NCBI GenBank assembly: GCA_051362555.1
Contig: CM120648.1
Coordinates: 9,296,587-9,360,586 of the forward strand
Direction: 5' to 3'
Length of the DNA stretch: 64,000 nt
Origin: Lingula anatina
Lineage: Eukaryota; Animalia; Brachiopoda
The notes beneath the pieces were generated by a model. That model had not been told where the DNA came from. It saw nothing but the letters and a program-made list of their open reading frames with translations, and searched no databases. How positions within the stretch are numbered: the first letter of the stretch is position 1; each line of letters starts with the position of its first letter. The position numbers were made by a program, and so were the translations under genes. Shown here piece after piece: positions 24,525-36,678 of the stretch.

Positions 24525-27307
24525 AACTAGAGGATCAGAGAGGCGATACCGCCTCCGAATATTGTACCACCAGCTGGAGCAAGCGCATTCGTATAGACCC
24601 CCACATACACAAAATAAGGGACACAGTCACCAGTCTTGTGCTTGACAAGCTGTAAACATGCAATCAACAAGAATTTTCAATATATGCAAAAAATATATGA
24701 AACTATAAATGGTACAATCAAATTTAAGTTCATCGTAAGGTAGGTGAAAGGTCATTTTCAAGGTCACAGTAAATTGCCAGTATATGACTTCCTATTCAAG
24801 TTCAATAGTAACTATGGACCTATCTCTGCCAGGTTTGGAGTTAAAAGAGAAAGAAATTAGCAGAGTTCAGTTCATGATAATAAGTAGATCAAAGGTCAAT
24901 TTCAAGGTCACACTTAGATTGCCAGTATATGACTTCCTATTCAAGTTCAATAGTAACTATGGACCTATCTCTGCCAGTTTTAGAGATAAAAGGGAAGCAA
25001 AATTTGCAAAGTTCAGTTCATGGTGAAAAATAGGTCAAATGTCAATTTCAAGGTCACAGTAAGATTGCCAGTATATGACTTTCTATTCAAGTTCAATAGT
25101 ATCTATGGACCTATCTCTGCCAGTTTTGCAGATAAAAGGGACTAAATGTTATAATTTTGGAGTTACCATAATGTGCCATAAATTTCCTACAGAAAAGATT
25201 AATTAAAATAAAGAAAACATCATTTTGGTCAAAATTCTTAAAATAGGAGGTGCTCTGAAGTTCCAGAAGTTCAAATTTGATGAAATAATGTCATTTTTGA
25301 CCACAAGTTGTCTGCTTTGCCAAGCCTTATGTATTATTTTTCCGGAGTTCAAAATTTATTATCCATTACCGTACTGCACATTTTGCTTTCACCACCAATA
25401 TGTATTTTTTGATACAGTGTAACTTTAGAGATAAAAGGGAAGCAAAATTTGCAAAGTTCAGTTCATGATAATAAGTAGATCAAAGGTCAATTTCAAGGTC
25501 ACACTTAGATTGCCAGTATATGACTTCCTATTCAAGTTCAATAGTAACTATGGACCTATCTCTGCCAGTTTTAGAGATAAAAGGGAAGCAAAATTTGCAA
25601 AGTTCAGTTCATGGTGAAAAATAGGTCAAATGTCAATTTCAAGGTCACATTTAGATTGCCAGTATATGACTTCCTATTCAAGTTCAATAGTAACTATGGA
25701 CCTATCTCTCCCAGTTTTAGAGATAAAAGGGAAGCAAAATTTGTAAAGTTCAGTTCATGGTGAAAAGTAGGTCAAAGGTCAATTTTAAGGTCACATATAG
25801 ATTGCCAGTATATTACTTCCTATTCAAGTTCAATAGTAACTATGGACCTATCTCTGCCAGTTTTGGAGATAAAAGGGAAGCAAAATTTGCAAAGTTCAGT
25901 TCATGGTGAAAAGTAGGTCAAAGGTCAATTTTACGGTCATTTTAAGACTGCCAGTATATGACTTCCTATTCAAGTTCAATAGAAACTATGGACCTATCTC
26001 TGCCAGTTTTGGAGATAAAAGGGAAGCAAAATATGCAAAGTTCAGTTCATGGTGAAAAATAGGTCAAAGGTCAATTTTAAGGTCACATATAGATTGCCAG
26101 TATATTACTTCCCATTCAAGTTCAATAAAAACTATGGACCTATCTCTGCCAGTTTTGGAGATATAAGGGAAGCAAAATTTGCAAAGTTCAGTTCATGGTG
26201 AAAAGTAGGTCAAAGGTCAATTTCAAGGTCACATTTGGATTGCCAGTATGTTACTTCCTATTCAACTTCAATAGTAACTATGGACCTATCTCTGCCAGTT
26301 TTGGAGATATAAGGGACTAAATGTTATAATTTTGGAGTTACCATAATGTGCCATAAATTTCCTACAGAAAAGATTAATTAAAATAAAGAAAACATCATTT
26401 TGGTCAAAATTCTTAAAATAGGAGGTGCTCTGAATTTCCAGAAGTTCAAATTTGATGAAATAATGTCATTTTTGACCACAAGTTGTCTGCTTTGCCAAGC
26501 CTTATGTATTATTTTTCCAGAGTTCAAAATTTATTATCCATTACCGTACTGCACATTTTGCTTTCACCACCAATATGTACTTTTTGATACAGCGTAACTT
26601 GAAAATCGTATGGAATACAAAAAAATGGAGACCACCTCCAGTGTTGGGCTTTACATGCTCTACAAAATGCAAAAAAGAATGGGTCTCTAGCATTAACGGT
26701 TCCCGAATTAGAGACAGTTTTCAGTTTCGGTACTTTATGGCCGCTACTCCCGTGAAAATGCACCGATTGACCCCAAATTCACGGAGATGAAAGATGACCC
26801 GAAGGGTTACACTTTCCAATAATATTATTGGTTAAGTCTGTGTGGTATCTGAATAACAGGGCAAAAAAAATTTTTTTCGTAAAAAAATTCATTTTTTTGA
26901 AAATTTTGGCCCGTTTGACCTTGAAATAAAGGTCAAAGGTCAAATCCAAGGGCATATTTAAAATCTACACATATGACTTTTGGAAAGCTGTCTGTAGAAA
27001 TTTTTCCCATAACTCCTTCCGAAGGGTAGATAATTAGCATTTAATTTTGCCATTTTTAGACAAGGGTGCATTGCAATGAGTGCCACACCTAGACCCCAAT
27101 ACCGACAAAGCCCAAATTTTACGTGGAACGAGTTGAGATTATAGGTGACCTAAATCCAAGAGATGGGTACAGGGGCCCTTACCGTCTAGGAGGAGAAGCG
27201 GTAACGGTGACTTGGCGGCGGAGCCGGCGGAGCCGCAGGAGCCGGCGGAACATACGGGTCGGGACTAAAACCATGGGTACCGCCAGCGCCTACGCTGGTG
27301 GTACAAT
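24525..27307 (-). mobile_element. Helentron/HINE-like element, copy B, with expanded and internally duplicated satellite array
   Basis: Same termini and unique segments as 5513-7364. Confidence 0.85.
24740..26315. repeat. 146-bp tandem satellite, 3 + 6 copies, inside HINE copy B
   Basis: The marker ccagtat occurs at 24777, 24922, 25068 and at 25513, 25659, 25805, 25951, 26097, 26243. Confidence 0.95.
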
Positions 27308-28669
27308 GATAACCCATTTGAGCTGGCTTTCTTATTTGAACTGCATGCCAATCCTACAAATCATACTTGTAAGTTGAAAATAATAATAAGTAACACAGTT
27401 TTCTTTTCATAATGTTTGTAGTAGCAGTGCGAAAAGATTTTTGTCAATTTTGATGTAACATTACATAGTAAATTACAGAATAATTATCACCAATTTTTGA
27501 TTATTGACTATAAATAGCATGGACATGTAGAAAATTTGATTACCATTTGGCTTCATGTCCATGGGAGCTTCGAGTCCCACAATGAATATGCCAACATGAT
27601 AAAAATGAATATTTCACTAAAATGTATAACTTCCAGAAAAAGAAGCCAATTAGACTGCTTTTCCAACTCAGGCTGCATTTTAGTCCTTTGTTTCTTTTTT
27701 GAAAGTTTGACAATCATAAGTAACATGGTTTTCCCATAATGGTCATCATGGCAGCAGCACCCAAAATTGTGTTTTCTTCTATTTAAATGCAATATTACAT
27801 AATGCTTAACAGCATAATGACCATGAGTTTTTAATAATAAAAGATCTGTATCATGGATTTTCAGAAAATGTGATTAGCATGGGTCTTCAAGCTTGTGGAG
27901 GTTCTTAAGTCACACCTTGAAAATGCCAATATGTGAGAAATTAAATTTTCACAAAAAAAAAAAGTTTAACTGCCAGAAAAATTTACCAAACAAACTGCAT
28001 TGCCCACTGAAGCTTTATTTTTAAAAGTACCTTGTTTCTTTCCTGTAAGTTTGAGAACAGTAAGTGACATGGTTTTCCTTAAAGGTGATCATGGGAGCAG
28101 TGCCCAAAATAGGGGTTTCTTCAAATTTTGCTGCAACATAGCATAATATTTAACAGCATAATGACCATCAATTTTTAATAATAAAATGTTAGTATCATGG
28201 ATATTTAGAAAATGTGACTAGCAAAGGTCTTCAGTACCATGGAACTTCAAAGTCACACCTTGAAAATGCCAAAATGTAAACAAGACAGCACTGTTCTGAA
28301 ATGTTTTTTTTCCATTTTTAACAATTTTTTAACATAAAACAAAATTAACAGTTTACTGCCATTTTTATATGATCAACTAAGAAAATTGATGAGATGGGAA
28401 AAATATCAATAGAACAGTGTTAAATGTCCAATTTCCTCCATTCTGAGATTCTGAACATAGTGAATGATTAAATCTGACAAACTGCAATGATATGAGTTTA
28501 TTTCCATTTTTGACACTTTTTTACACAAGACATGATAACAAGTTTACCATCATTTTTACTAAATCAACTAACAATGTTGTAAAGATGCAGGAAAAGTCAA
28601 ACAAACGCTTTTACGTATCTTATTAGTTTAATAATGAGACTGTTAATATGCCTAAGAAATGAATCTGAG

Positions 28670-29238
28670 GAAATGTGAAAAAAAAACAGCATACCTTCTA
28701 AAATATTGGCACGATTATGCTGATTTACGAACTTGACCTGCGTTTTAGTAAGATTAATTACTATTGTGAGTTTCATGACAACAGGTCTATCGGTTTTCCT
28801 TGAAATGTGTTAACAGTGTTGCACATATGCTGAAAAGTGAAAAAAACAGCATAACTACTAAAATAGTGGCCCGATCATGCCGATTTTAGAACTTGATCTG
28901 CCTTTTAGTAAGATTGATTACTCCTGTGAGTTGCATGACAACAGGCCTATCGGTTTTCCTTGAAATGTGTTAACAGTATTGCATATATGCTAAAAAGTGA
29001 AAAAACAGCATAAATTCTACAATAATGGCCCAATCATGCTGATTTTCGAACTTGACCTGCGTTTTAGGAATATTAGTCAGCTCTGTAAATATAAAGTCAA
29101 AAAGTAAAACTGTCTTCCACTTATGGTGTTAACGCTGAAAGTGCACGGCGACGGCGACATGATCGGCGACGGCGACGGCGACGACAGACGCAGGTGATGG
29201 CAATATGTACAGACACATCTGTGTCTGTACATAAAAAT
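28670..29238. mobile_element. Second HINE-like element fragment with about 160-bp internal repeats
   Basis: gtgaaaaaa(a)cagcata recurs at about 28675, 28838 and 28997. A (cggcga)n microrepeat and a terminal hairpin tatgtacagacaca-tc-tgtgtctgtacata (29204-29233) are followed by an A-run. The left boundary is uncertain. Confidence 0.7.
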
Positions 29239-29348
29239 GGTGAAACATTTTCCAGCAATCCATCTACTTTTCCATGATAATCATTTTTAAAACAGAGGCA
29301 ACATGATAACTTCCCTACTTTTATGAAACAATTTAATAAAACAGACCT

Positions 29349-29506
29349 GTCTGCCATCTTGGGAGTTATTTCTTGCAACATTCCTGTCATCAAAACTGTT
29401 CTATGGGCTTTTCTGCCATCTTGGGAGTTATTTCTTGCACTATAGCTCTTATTTCTGCCAAAATCGTGCCATGGGACACTCAGGCATCTTGGAACTATTT
29501 CTTACA
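29349..29506. repeat. Short degenerate tandem repeat next to the PDE9 exon 4 donor
   Basis: tctgccatcttgggagttatttcttgca occurs twice about 62 bp apart, with a third weaker copy near 29485. Confidence 0.75.
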
Positions 29507-29512
29507 ACTTAC

Positions 29513-29615
29513 CTCTAATCTTTCCCTAAATTCTTCCACTTTATGCCTAATATCATATACAAGGGAAGGGGTGTCTCCTTTGTCCACCAGTATTTTCTTT
29601 TCCAAATTCTGAAGT
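29513..29615 (-). CDS. PDE9A: PDE9 coding exon 4 (RLQNLEKKILVDKGDTPSLVYDIRHKVEEFRERLE), coiled-coil-like
   Basis: Acceptor TTTTGCAG, donor GTAAGT, 103 nt, phase 2 to 0, open frame. Confidence 0.85.
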
Positions 29616-29687
29616 CTGCAAAAAATACAAAGTAAAGCTTATAACATTTTCTTGGCAGACTTGGTCTGTAGGCGGTTCCTTTATTAA

Positions 29688-29951
29688 GACTGGGTTCCCA
29701 TACACAGATTGATCTAACAGGATCGATCCATCTTTGAGGGGTTTCTCACTAAACTGCTTTCAGCTTAAGCGGCTTAGATGTCTGGCCACCTACTGAAGCT
29801 GCTAAATGATAATAATAAGCCAATAATTATAAGTCCATAATGATAACTATAATTGCACATCTAAGCTGCTCAGATTGATTGCAATTTAGCGGGAATCCCT
29901 GCGGAGATAGATCAATCCACAGTTAGTATAACAGGGCCTGGGAATGGTCCG
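29688..29951. mobile_element. MITE family C copy, TAA TSD
   Basis: TAA-gactgggttcccata...gggaatggtccg-TAA. Confidence 0.78.
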
Positions 29952-30136
29952 TAAGACATCATTGTGGATGTTTCTGTAGTTTGCCCATTGGCCTTCAAAA
30001 TGACTTAAAGCACTCTCCTGTCAAAAGACATTAGGTCGCGCTGTGCTTTATTTCGTGTAAAGTCAAGTCATCCATGAATCCGTTCCACGCACCAATGCAC
30101 AGGGTTAATTACTCACTTTAAGCCAGGTAAGCACTC

Positions 30137-30225
30137 GGCGCTGAGCTTTACCCGAAATAGAGCAGATAATTGTCTCGGCTTCGCCTCGCCAATTATCTGC
30201 TCTATTTCGCGTAAAGCTCAGCGCC
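30137..30225. repeat. Near-perfect 36-bp inverted repeat with a 17-nt loop
   Basis: The arms match at 35 of 36 positions. The loop is tctcggcttcgcctcgc. Confidence 0.9.
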
Positions 30226-32270
30226 TCGTACTTTATCTATACCTTAAGAACTCACTGCATACTGAAGTCATTACAGAATTCACAAGCCTTTTAGTGACTA
30301 CATTTAGATCCATTTTGTGACTTCATTTATACCCAAATCACAAGTATTTTGGTCTTTTTGTATATACATTTAGAACCCTTTCACAAGTATTTTGGTCTTT
30401 TTGTGACTCCATAATAGACCTGGACTGTTAGTTTTTCTCTGTCTGAACACACCTGTAGCATTTGAAGGTAACAAGGGAGGATTAGGATCTCATATTAAAT
30501 GCAAAAGGGAAATTGACCAGGTACTTTTAAATTGTATTCAGTCTTGACCTTTTTTCATCTTAAAGCACTGGGCCTTCAAAGTGCACTAAGAAAAATTTTT
30601 TTTGCTGTTTTACTAAAAGCATTCTCGCCACAAAAACATGACAGTAGATTACCATTAAGTGACATTTTATTAGTTAATGCACTTTTGGCTCACTCCCATT
30701 ACAAGCAGAACGTGACAACTTTTCCCTTTAGAGCTTTCATAAATCTAGAATACTTGGAAAATTTCGACATCAATATAGCTGATCTGGCGCTAGTGTCAGT
30801 TATAATTTAATCATCTACTGTCAAAATGAAGATATTTCTATCTTGCAAAAGATATTTCCGTCTTTTTTTTTTTTTTTTGCATAATTGTACATAGTTTCTT
30901 TTTCTGTCAATTCACATGTGAATATGTCTGGGTGACAATACTCAAGTTTTATAAGAAATATTTTCAGTCTTGATCTGACCCTGAAATGTGGTGAGCATGA
31001 CAACATGTGAATGATTTTTTTCTCAATATGTATAACTTTTAGTTCTTCACAAAATATACTTAATTTGTTCTTCAGAAGTATCTTATAATATTCTTGTAGT
31101 CTTTTGGAAATCAATTTAATTTTTTTTTTTGTTTGAATTCAGTGACAAATATTTAGGACACAAGTAAGCAGTGGTTGATCTAGTGGAGCGCAGCTATGCA
31201 GAGACAGGTTATAAGTAATTCTTGGAGCTCACGCTGTTAAATCTCTGGTACAAATATTTCACTCAGGTGTCAATGACGTTTAGACCTTGACTTGTCCAGG
31301 TAAATCTATACATCAGACTGGAGTGATAAGTTTCTATGCAACACTTTCAAAACATACACAAAAACTGAAACAAGAGGATGTTGAGAAAAAATTACTTTAT
31401 CACCTAACATCAATTCTGCGTAAATTTAAACCTTCCTTCTGTCTGTTTTTAAATGCACGACTGATCAAATTTCATGTAACATCCAGCAAATTGTCACAAT
31501 ATGTAACAATTTTTTTGCCAAAAATTAGAAAATTTCCCCAAAAGAGCGAAACTGATACTATGATTATGCTATTATCTCCTATCATGTTCTAGGTTAATTC
31601 ATGAAGATGGTGGCATTTCTATCCAAGAGTTGGCAATAATTTAGAGTATCAAATGTCCATCATTTTCAACCTCTAACCTGTAACCATGAGAAACCAAATG
31701 TAACATCAATCTTTATTTGGTCAAAGATAAGATTAAAGATAGCAATTTTCCTAATTAAAGAGTGATTTTCGCGGATGGAAATTTTCTGTCACATTGTCTG
31801 ATTTGCTTACTCTTCCCGAAAAACATTACAAAAGATGAGAAAAATGCCTCACATTTCCTTAGATCTCTGTGTAATGGAAAAATAATGGGATGACTTATGA
31901 CATGTCTTTCTTCTCTGTCGACTTTTTAGGTAACAATGTCATTGGCCTTGTGCCCTATAAATAAATGTTCGGTCTCAGGGCTTTAACGCACTGTTCACGT
32001 ACGAGTCAATATGTACGTGCAAATATGCATGAGTGTGCAGCAGGTATGTTTGTTAATGTTTTTCTGTGAGATTTTATCATGTCTATTTCTTCTTTTCAAC
32101 TAATCTGTAAATTCACTAATCCATCAATATGTGTTTTTGGCCTTCCTTCAATAAGTCCTTTCTTTTATCTTTTCTGTTCCATCTACTCCTTCACTCTTAC
32201 ATTCTCACAACAGGGTAAACCAACTTTCAAATCTTTTCAACACTGAAAAAGTGCACAAGTCCCCATTTTT

Positions 32271-32561
32271 TTATTACCTCCACCAAGGCACCAAGGTGGT
32301 TATGTTTTCACCCCTGTTTGTCTGTTTGTCTGTCTGTCATCAACATAACTCAAAAAGTTATGGACCGATTTTGATTAAATCTTTATAGGGAATGTCAGAA
32401 GTGGGCCAAGGAAGAGATGATTAGTTTTTGTTGATGATCTGGATTAATAATCAATCAATAATCAATAATCAAAAATATCGAAAATTTAGGGGTGAAACGG
32501 CATTGGATGGAGACTTTGCTGTCTTGGCGGAGGTCTGTGCTCTCTGACAGCTTTTCTAGTT
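32271..32561 (+). mobile_element. Short HINE/DINE-1-like element
   Basis: Subterminal IR acctccaccaag / cttggcggaggt, (gtct/gttt)n microsatellite, and a CTAGTT 3' end. Confidence 0.75.
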
Positions 32562-33331
32562 TCTTTCTCCTTCTCCTTCCTCCTTTCTCTATTACAGAAC
32601 TGATAGTGTGTGTTCAAAACCAAACAATGGACATATTGCTTGTTTTTATTCCCTTTTCTCTTTTTTTTTATTTCTTTATTCATTCTTATTCTTTCTTATT
32701 TCTTTTTCAACTTATACACTCTTCGATCCTTTGGTTTTCAATTTCCTCTTCTTTTTTCTTTTCTATGTTTCTCTTTTTTTCCTGTCTGCGTCAACTCATT
32801 TTCGATATCAAGAACTGTACTACGAACTACAACCTGCAATTATAACTGGAGTAGGATTGAGACAAATCAAACATAAAATGGCAATACAACAATCTTGCAG
32901 GATTTACAGCTTTAGTAAGATTTGCAATCTGTGGGCGCTTATCTAAAATCTTAACACTTACAGAGCTGCCATAACATTGCATGGTTTCTATGCTGTTTTG
33001 AAATCCCACAGCATAAAAATAAAACGATACAAAAGCAACTCAAACTTACTCGCGCAGGTGAGCGTGTGTTACTCTAAAGTTGAAATTTTGTGGTGTTAAC
33101 AACAAACAAATAATGAAAAGTTTCAGTCAGTTTACAACTCAAAATAATTTTGATGGTTGCTAAGACCTACGAATAAATCTGACTTTCGCCTTTGACAATT
33201 TCCCAGTGCTTCGAACTTATATCCTTTCTTTGAAGTTACAAACTGTCTATATGTCTTGGAAATTGTAAACATGGGGGATATGCTCTGGCCATTCTTTGTT
33301 TTAGCACTCCCCCTGCAGTGTTGATTGTCTA

Positions 33332-33555
33332 GGGACCATTCCCATACCCTATCGTACTAGCAGGATCGATCTACCTTCCAGGGGTTTCTCGCTAAAATGC
33401 ATTTAGTTAAAACGTGCACGAAAGTTAATTACCCCCCTTGCAGTTTCAGTGGCCGTGACAGATATTTTAGTCGATTGAACTGAAATCAACTTAGCGAGAA
33501 TCCCCTCGGAGTTAGATTGATCCTGCTAGTATGATAGGTTTATGGGAACCCAGTC
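33332..33555. mobile_element. MITE family C copy
   Basis: gggaccattcccata...tactagcaggatc / gatcctgctagta...tatgggaacccagtc. Confidence 0.8.
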
Positions 33556-34594
33556 TAAGTGGGCTATATATTGGAAACAAACTTAAACAAACAAAAGCCA
33601 GAACTTGCAGGCATTTGCCAAAGGTTCTGTAAAACAGTCCATTTATATTTTAAGGCAGTGGTGACCGATATATTTAGAAAAGACAGGGCACCGGATTCCA
33701 CCAAAAATGTATCTTCATCAGACAGTAAACTGATATATATATAATAATATGTGTCTCCCATCCAGTTTGAGACAAGGAACCACTATATCTGGCATGGATA
33801 ATTTTTTTTTTTTTTTTTTTTTTTTGTCCAGTTTACGTTAAGAATTCATTATTACTATAATTATAAATATTATTATTCCATTATTTTTCATTATTATTAT
33901 TATTTCATTTTCCTATTACTATTATTATCATTATTTTTTGTGAAAATTCTATTCAAATTACCCTAGACTGCAACCTATTTGCAATCATAAAATTGCTGTT
34001 TCTACCACAAACCTTGGCTATTCGCTGCTTTGGTCGCAGTTAACTCTCCGAACATTCCCTCAAAAAATTACACCATGTGATGCTACTGAATGCTGAGTGA
34101 CTTGGGAGTCTATTTCAATCATTGAAACCCACTGGAGAGTGACATAAAGCTGTGTGACCCGGTTATATCATACTTGCTGTTACCCTACTGAGATGTGTGA
34201 GGGCATTCAGAAACAAACTGATCTGTTGACTAACAAATCAGGATATCAAATATGGCCGACCCACATGGAAGCAGAGCCGACTAATCCGCTGATGGTCTCC
34301 CTGCCTCCACATGTGCAGTTCCTGCAGGGTCTAGCAATTGAATCTCTGATTAAATCCATTTAATGGGAGTGAAAGTTTGATGATTTTTGCCCATTAAAAA
34401 GATCAAGTCATTACGGTATAAGGTTTTTTAGCAGCTGCTTCATATCAAAGTGCGTATCTTTAGACCATCTCATAGGTTAAAAAATTTGTTTCGTACAAGT
34501 AGAATTCTGAGTGCCACAAGATGGTTCCTTTACACCCCCTCCCCACCCACACACCCACCCACCCATCCCCTTCTCTCCCATGAGACCAGACTGT

Positions 34595-34805
34595 GACTGG
34601 GTTCCCACAGATTTAGATCGATCCATCTGGATCGACCTTATTCCCTTACTCCTCCGGGTTCAAAACAGCCGAGTGCGCACAAAAGTTAATTGCGCACAAA
34701 AGTTTTTAGTAGGCGGGACAGACATTTAAGCCGGTTAAGCTGACAGCTATCTAGTGAGACTCTCCAGGGGGATAGATCGATCAAAATATCTATGGGAATG
34801 GTCTC
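34595..34805. mobile_element. MITE family C copy, just inside the PDE9 exon 3 donor
   Basis: gactgggttcccacagatttagatcgatcc...tctatgggaatggtctc. Confidence 0.8.
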
Positions 34806-34827
34806 TATGAAAGGCTGCCAATCTTAC

Positions 34828-34879
34828 CTGGATTCCACATTGTGAATGTTAAAGCCAAGCTGTTCTGCTATGGAGGAAT
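34828..34879 (-). CDS. PDE9A: PDE9 coding exon 3 (DSSIAEQLGFNIHNVES)
   Basis: Acceptor TTACAG, donor GTAAGA, 52 nt. It bridges phase 1 to phase 2 exactly as the flanking exons require. Confidence 0.78.
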
Positions 34880-35521
34880 CTGTAACATAAGAAGCTTGTT
34901 CTTATTAAAGATTATTACAGGAATACTACTAGGACTGCTAGAATAGTTTACAGTCACCAGCAGTGACAACAGTATTCACAGGAAAGACAATATGCTGCTC
35001 AGTTGAAAATTGTTTATGGTTTGGAATTTATTGGTTGCAAGACGCAGCAATGTCCTTGAATGTTTATTTCATTTTATTACCGACTTATCAGTTCAAAATT
35101 GTTTTCATTGTTCTCAAAACTACAAATTTCATAGGCAGGACTGTAATAACAGCTTAGAATATAAAAATCTAAATCTCATTCTAACAGATTCCTTCGTATT
35201 TTGATATTGTAGTAAAAAGCTACAGCAGGTGTGAATATGCCATACACTCATAGAGGCAATATTGTGATTAAGCCAATCATGTCTTTATTACCTGGTCAGT
35301 GGCGATAACGAAGTCTATAAATAATTTATACACTGTATGTGTAGAAGTATTAGGTTGAGAAGGAACATTATCTGAGTAAGTAAACCTGAGTTATGATGTC
35401 ATTCATTTTTTATTCTTCTTTCCTTCCTTTTTTGTACAGACTACCATATTTCAAATTTTTCAAAAAATAATTAATGGCTTCAAGAATGAATGATACTAAT
35501 ATACTCTTGTGTACAATGCCA

Positions 35522-35554
<33 letters not shown>

Positions 35555-35717
35555 TCTGAATCAATTTTTAGTGTAAAGTGGTAAAAATGTGTATACTGAC
35601 ACGTTTAACTTAAACAAATATTACACACAATTTTAGTCTTAAAATAAAAACAGAAAGCAACAACTTGAGTTTGTCCAATGTATAAAAAAAAAAACAGGAA
35701 ATGCAGCAACATCTGTT

Positions 35718-36300
35718 GCAATCAAAAATCATCTAAAGCTATATCAGTCACACCTATCACAATCAAAACCATCTAGCACAATAAGTCACACCTGACACAA
35801 TCAAAACCATCTAGCACAATAAGTCACACCTATCACAATCAAAACCATCTAGCACAATAAGTCACACCTGACACAATCAAAAAACCATCTAGCACAATAA
35901 GTCTCACCTGACACAATCAAAACCATTTAGCACAACAAGTCACACCTATCACAATCAAAAACCATCTAGCACAATAAGTCACACCTATCACAATCAAAAA
36001 CCATCTGGCACAATAAGTCACACCTATCACAATCAAAAACCATCAAGCACAATAAGTCACACCTATCACAATCAAAAACCATCTAGCACAATAAGTCACA
36101 CCTGACACAATCAAAACCATTTGGCACAATAAGTCACACCTATCACAATCAAAAACCATCTGGTACAATAAATCACACCTGAGTCACACATGACACAACA
36201 AAAATCATCCAGCACATTAAGTCACACCTACCACAATCAAAAATCATCTAGCACAATAAGTCACACCTGACACAATTAAAACCACCTAACAGAATAAGAC
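35718..36300. repeat. 38-39-bp minisatellite, about 15 copies
   Basis: Unit acaatcaaaa(a)ccatctagcacaataagtcacacctatc, degenerate at both edges. Confidence 0.95.
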
Positions 36301-36528
36301 AAGTCAAAATCCTCTGAGATACCCAAAGTCCTGTCACTTTTTGTAAAATAAGACTCCACCCCTTTCGTAATCACGCACATTTTCTAGTCTCCAACTAATT
36401 TTTCTTATCTTGAATAATTCTCCAACAACTCTAATTTTAAGTAAAGCAATCAGAAATCTATCAAGATCTTTGCCACAGCTAACACAATCCCGGACGTGAC
36501 AACACAATTGAAACATCTGCATGCTTAC

Positions 36529-36678
36529 CCGTACATTGGGCGGCAACCACATCCAACTTGTAGCGGGATTCGGGAGTATTCTGTTCAAGCTTTGAGGAGA
36601 TATTAATTAGGTTGCCTTTGGTGTTGTACAGTTTGAGAATGTCGTGAGGACCCGCCTCAGCCGCAGCGCGGAATATAT
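36529..36678 (-). CDS. PDE9A: PDE9 coding exon 2 ([50 protein letters not shown])
   Basis: Pyrimidine-rich acceptor ending GCAG, donor GTAAGC, 150 nt, phase 1 to 1. Confidence 0.9.

Noticed and set aside
25225-26597. Duplicated 65-aa ORFs (MVKILKIGGAL...)
   Set aside because: They lie in the internally duplicated HINE block, start at TTG, and show no Rep/helicase or other recognisable motif.
13102-29512. Additional PDE9 exons or a nested gene in the 16-kb intron 4
   Set aside because: Exons 4 and 5 already join in phase, and I saw no ORF with recognisable protein features. Small alternative exons cannot be excluded without RNA data.
32486-32946. Phe/Leu/Ser-rich membrane-like ORFs
   Set aside because: They derive from a low-complexity T/C-rich tract.
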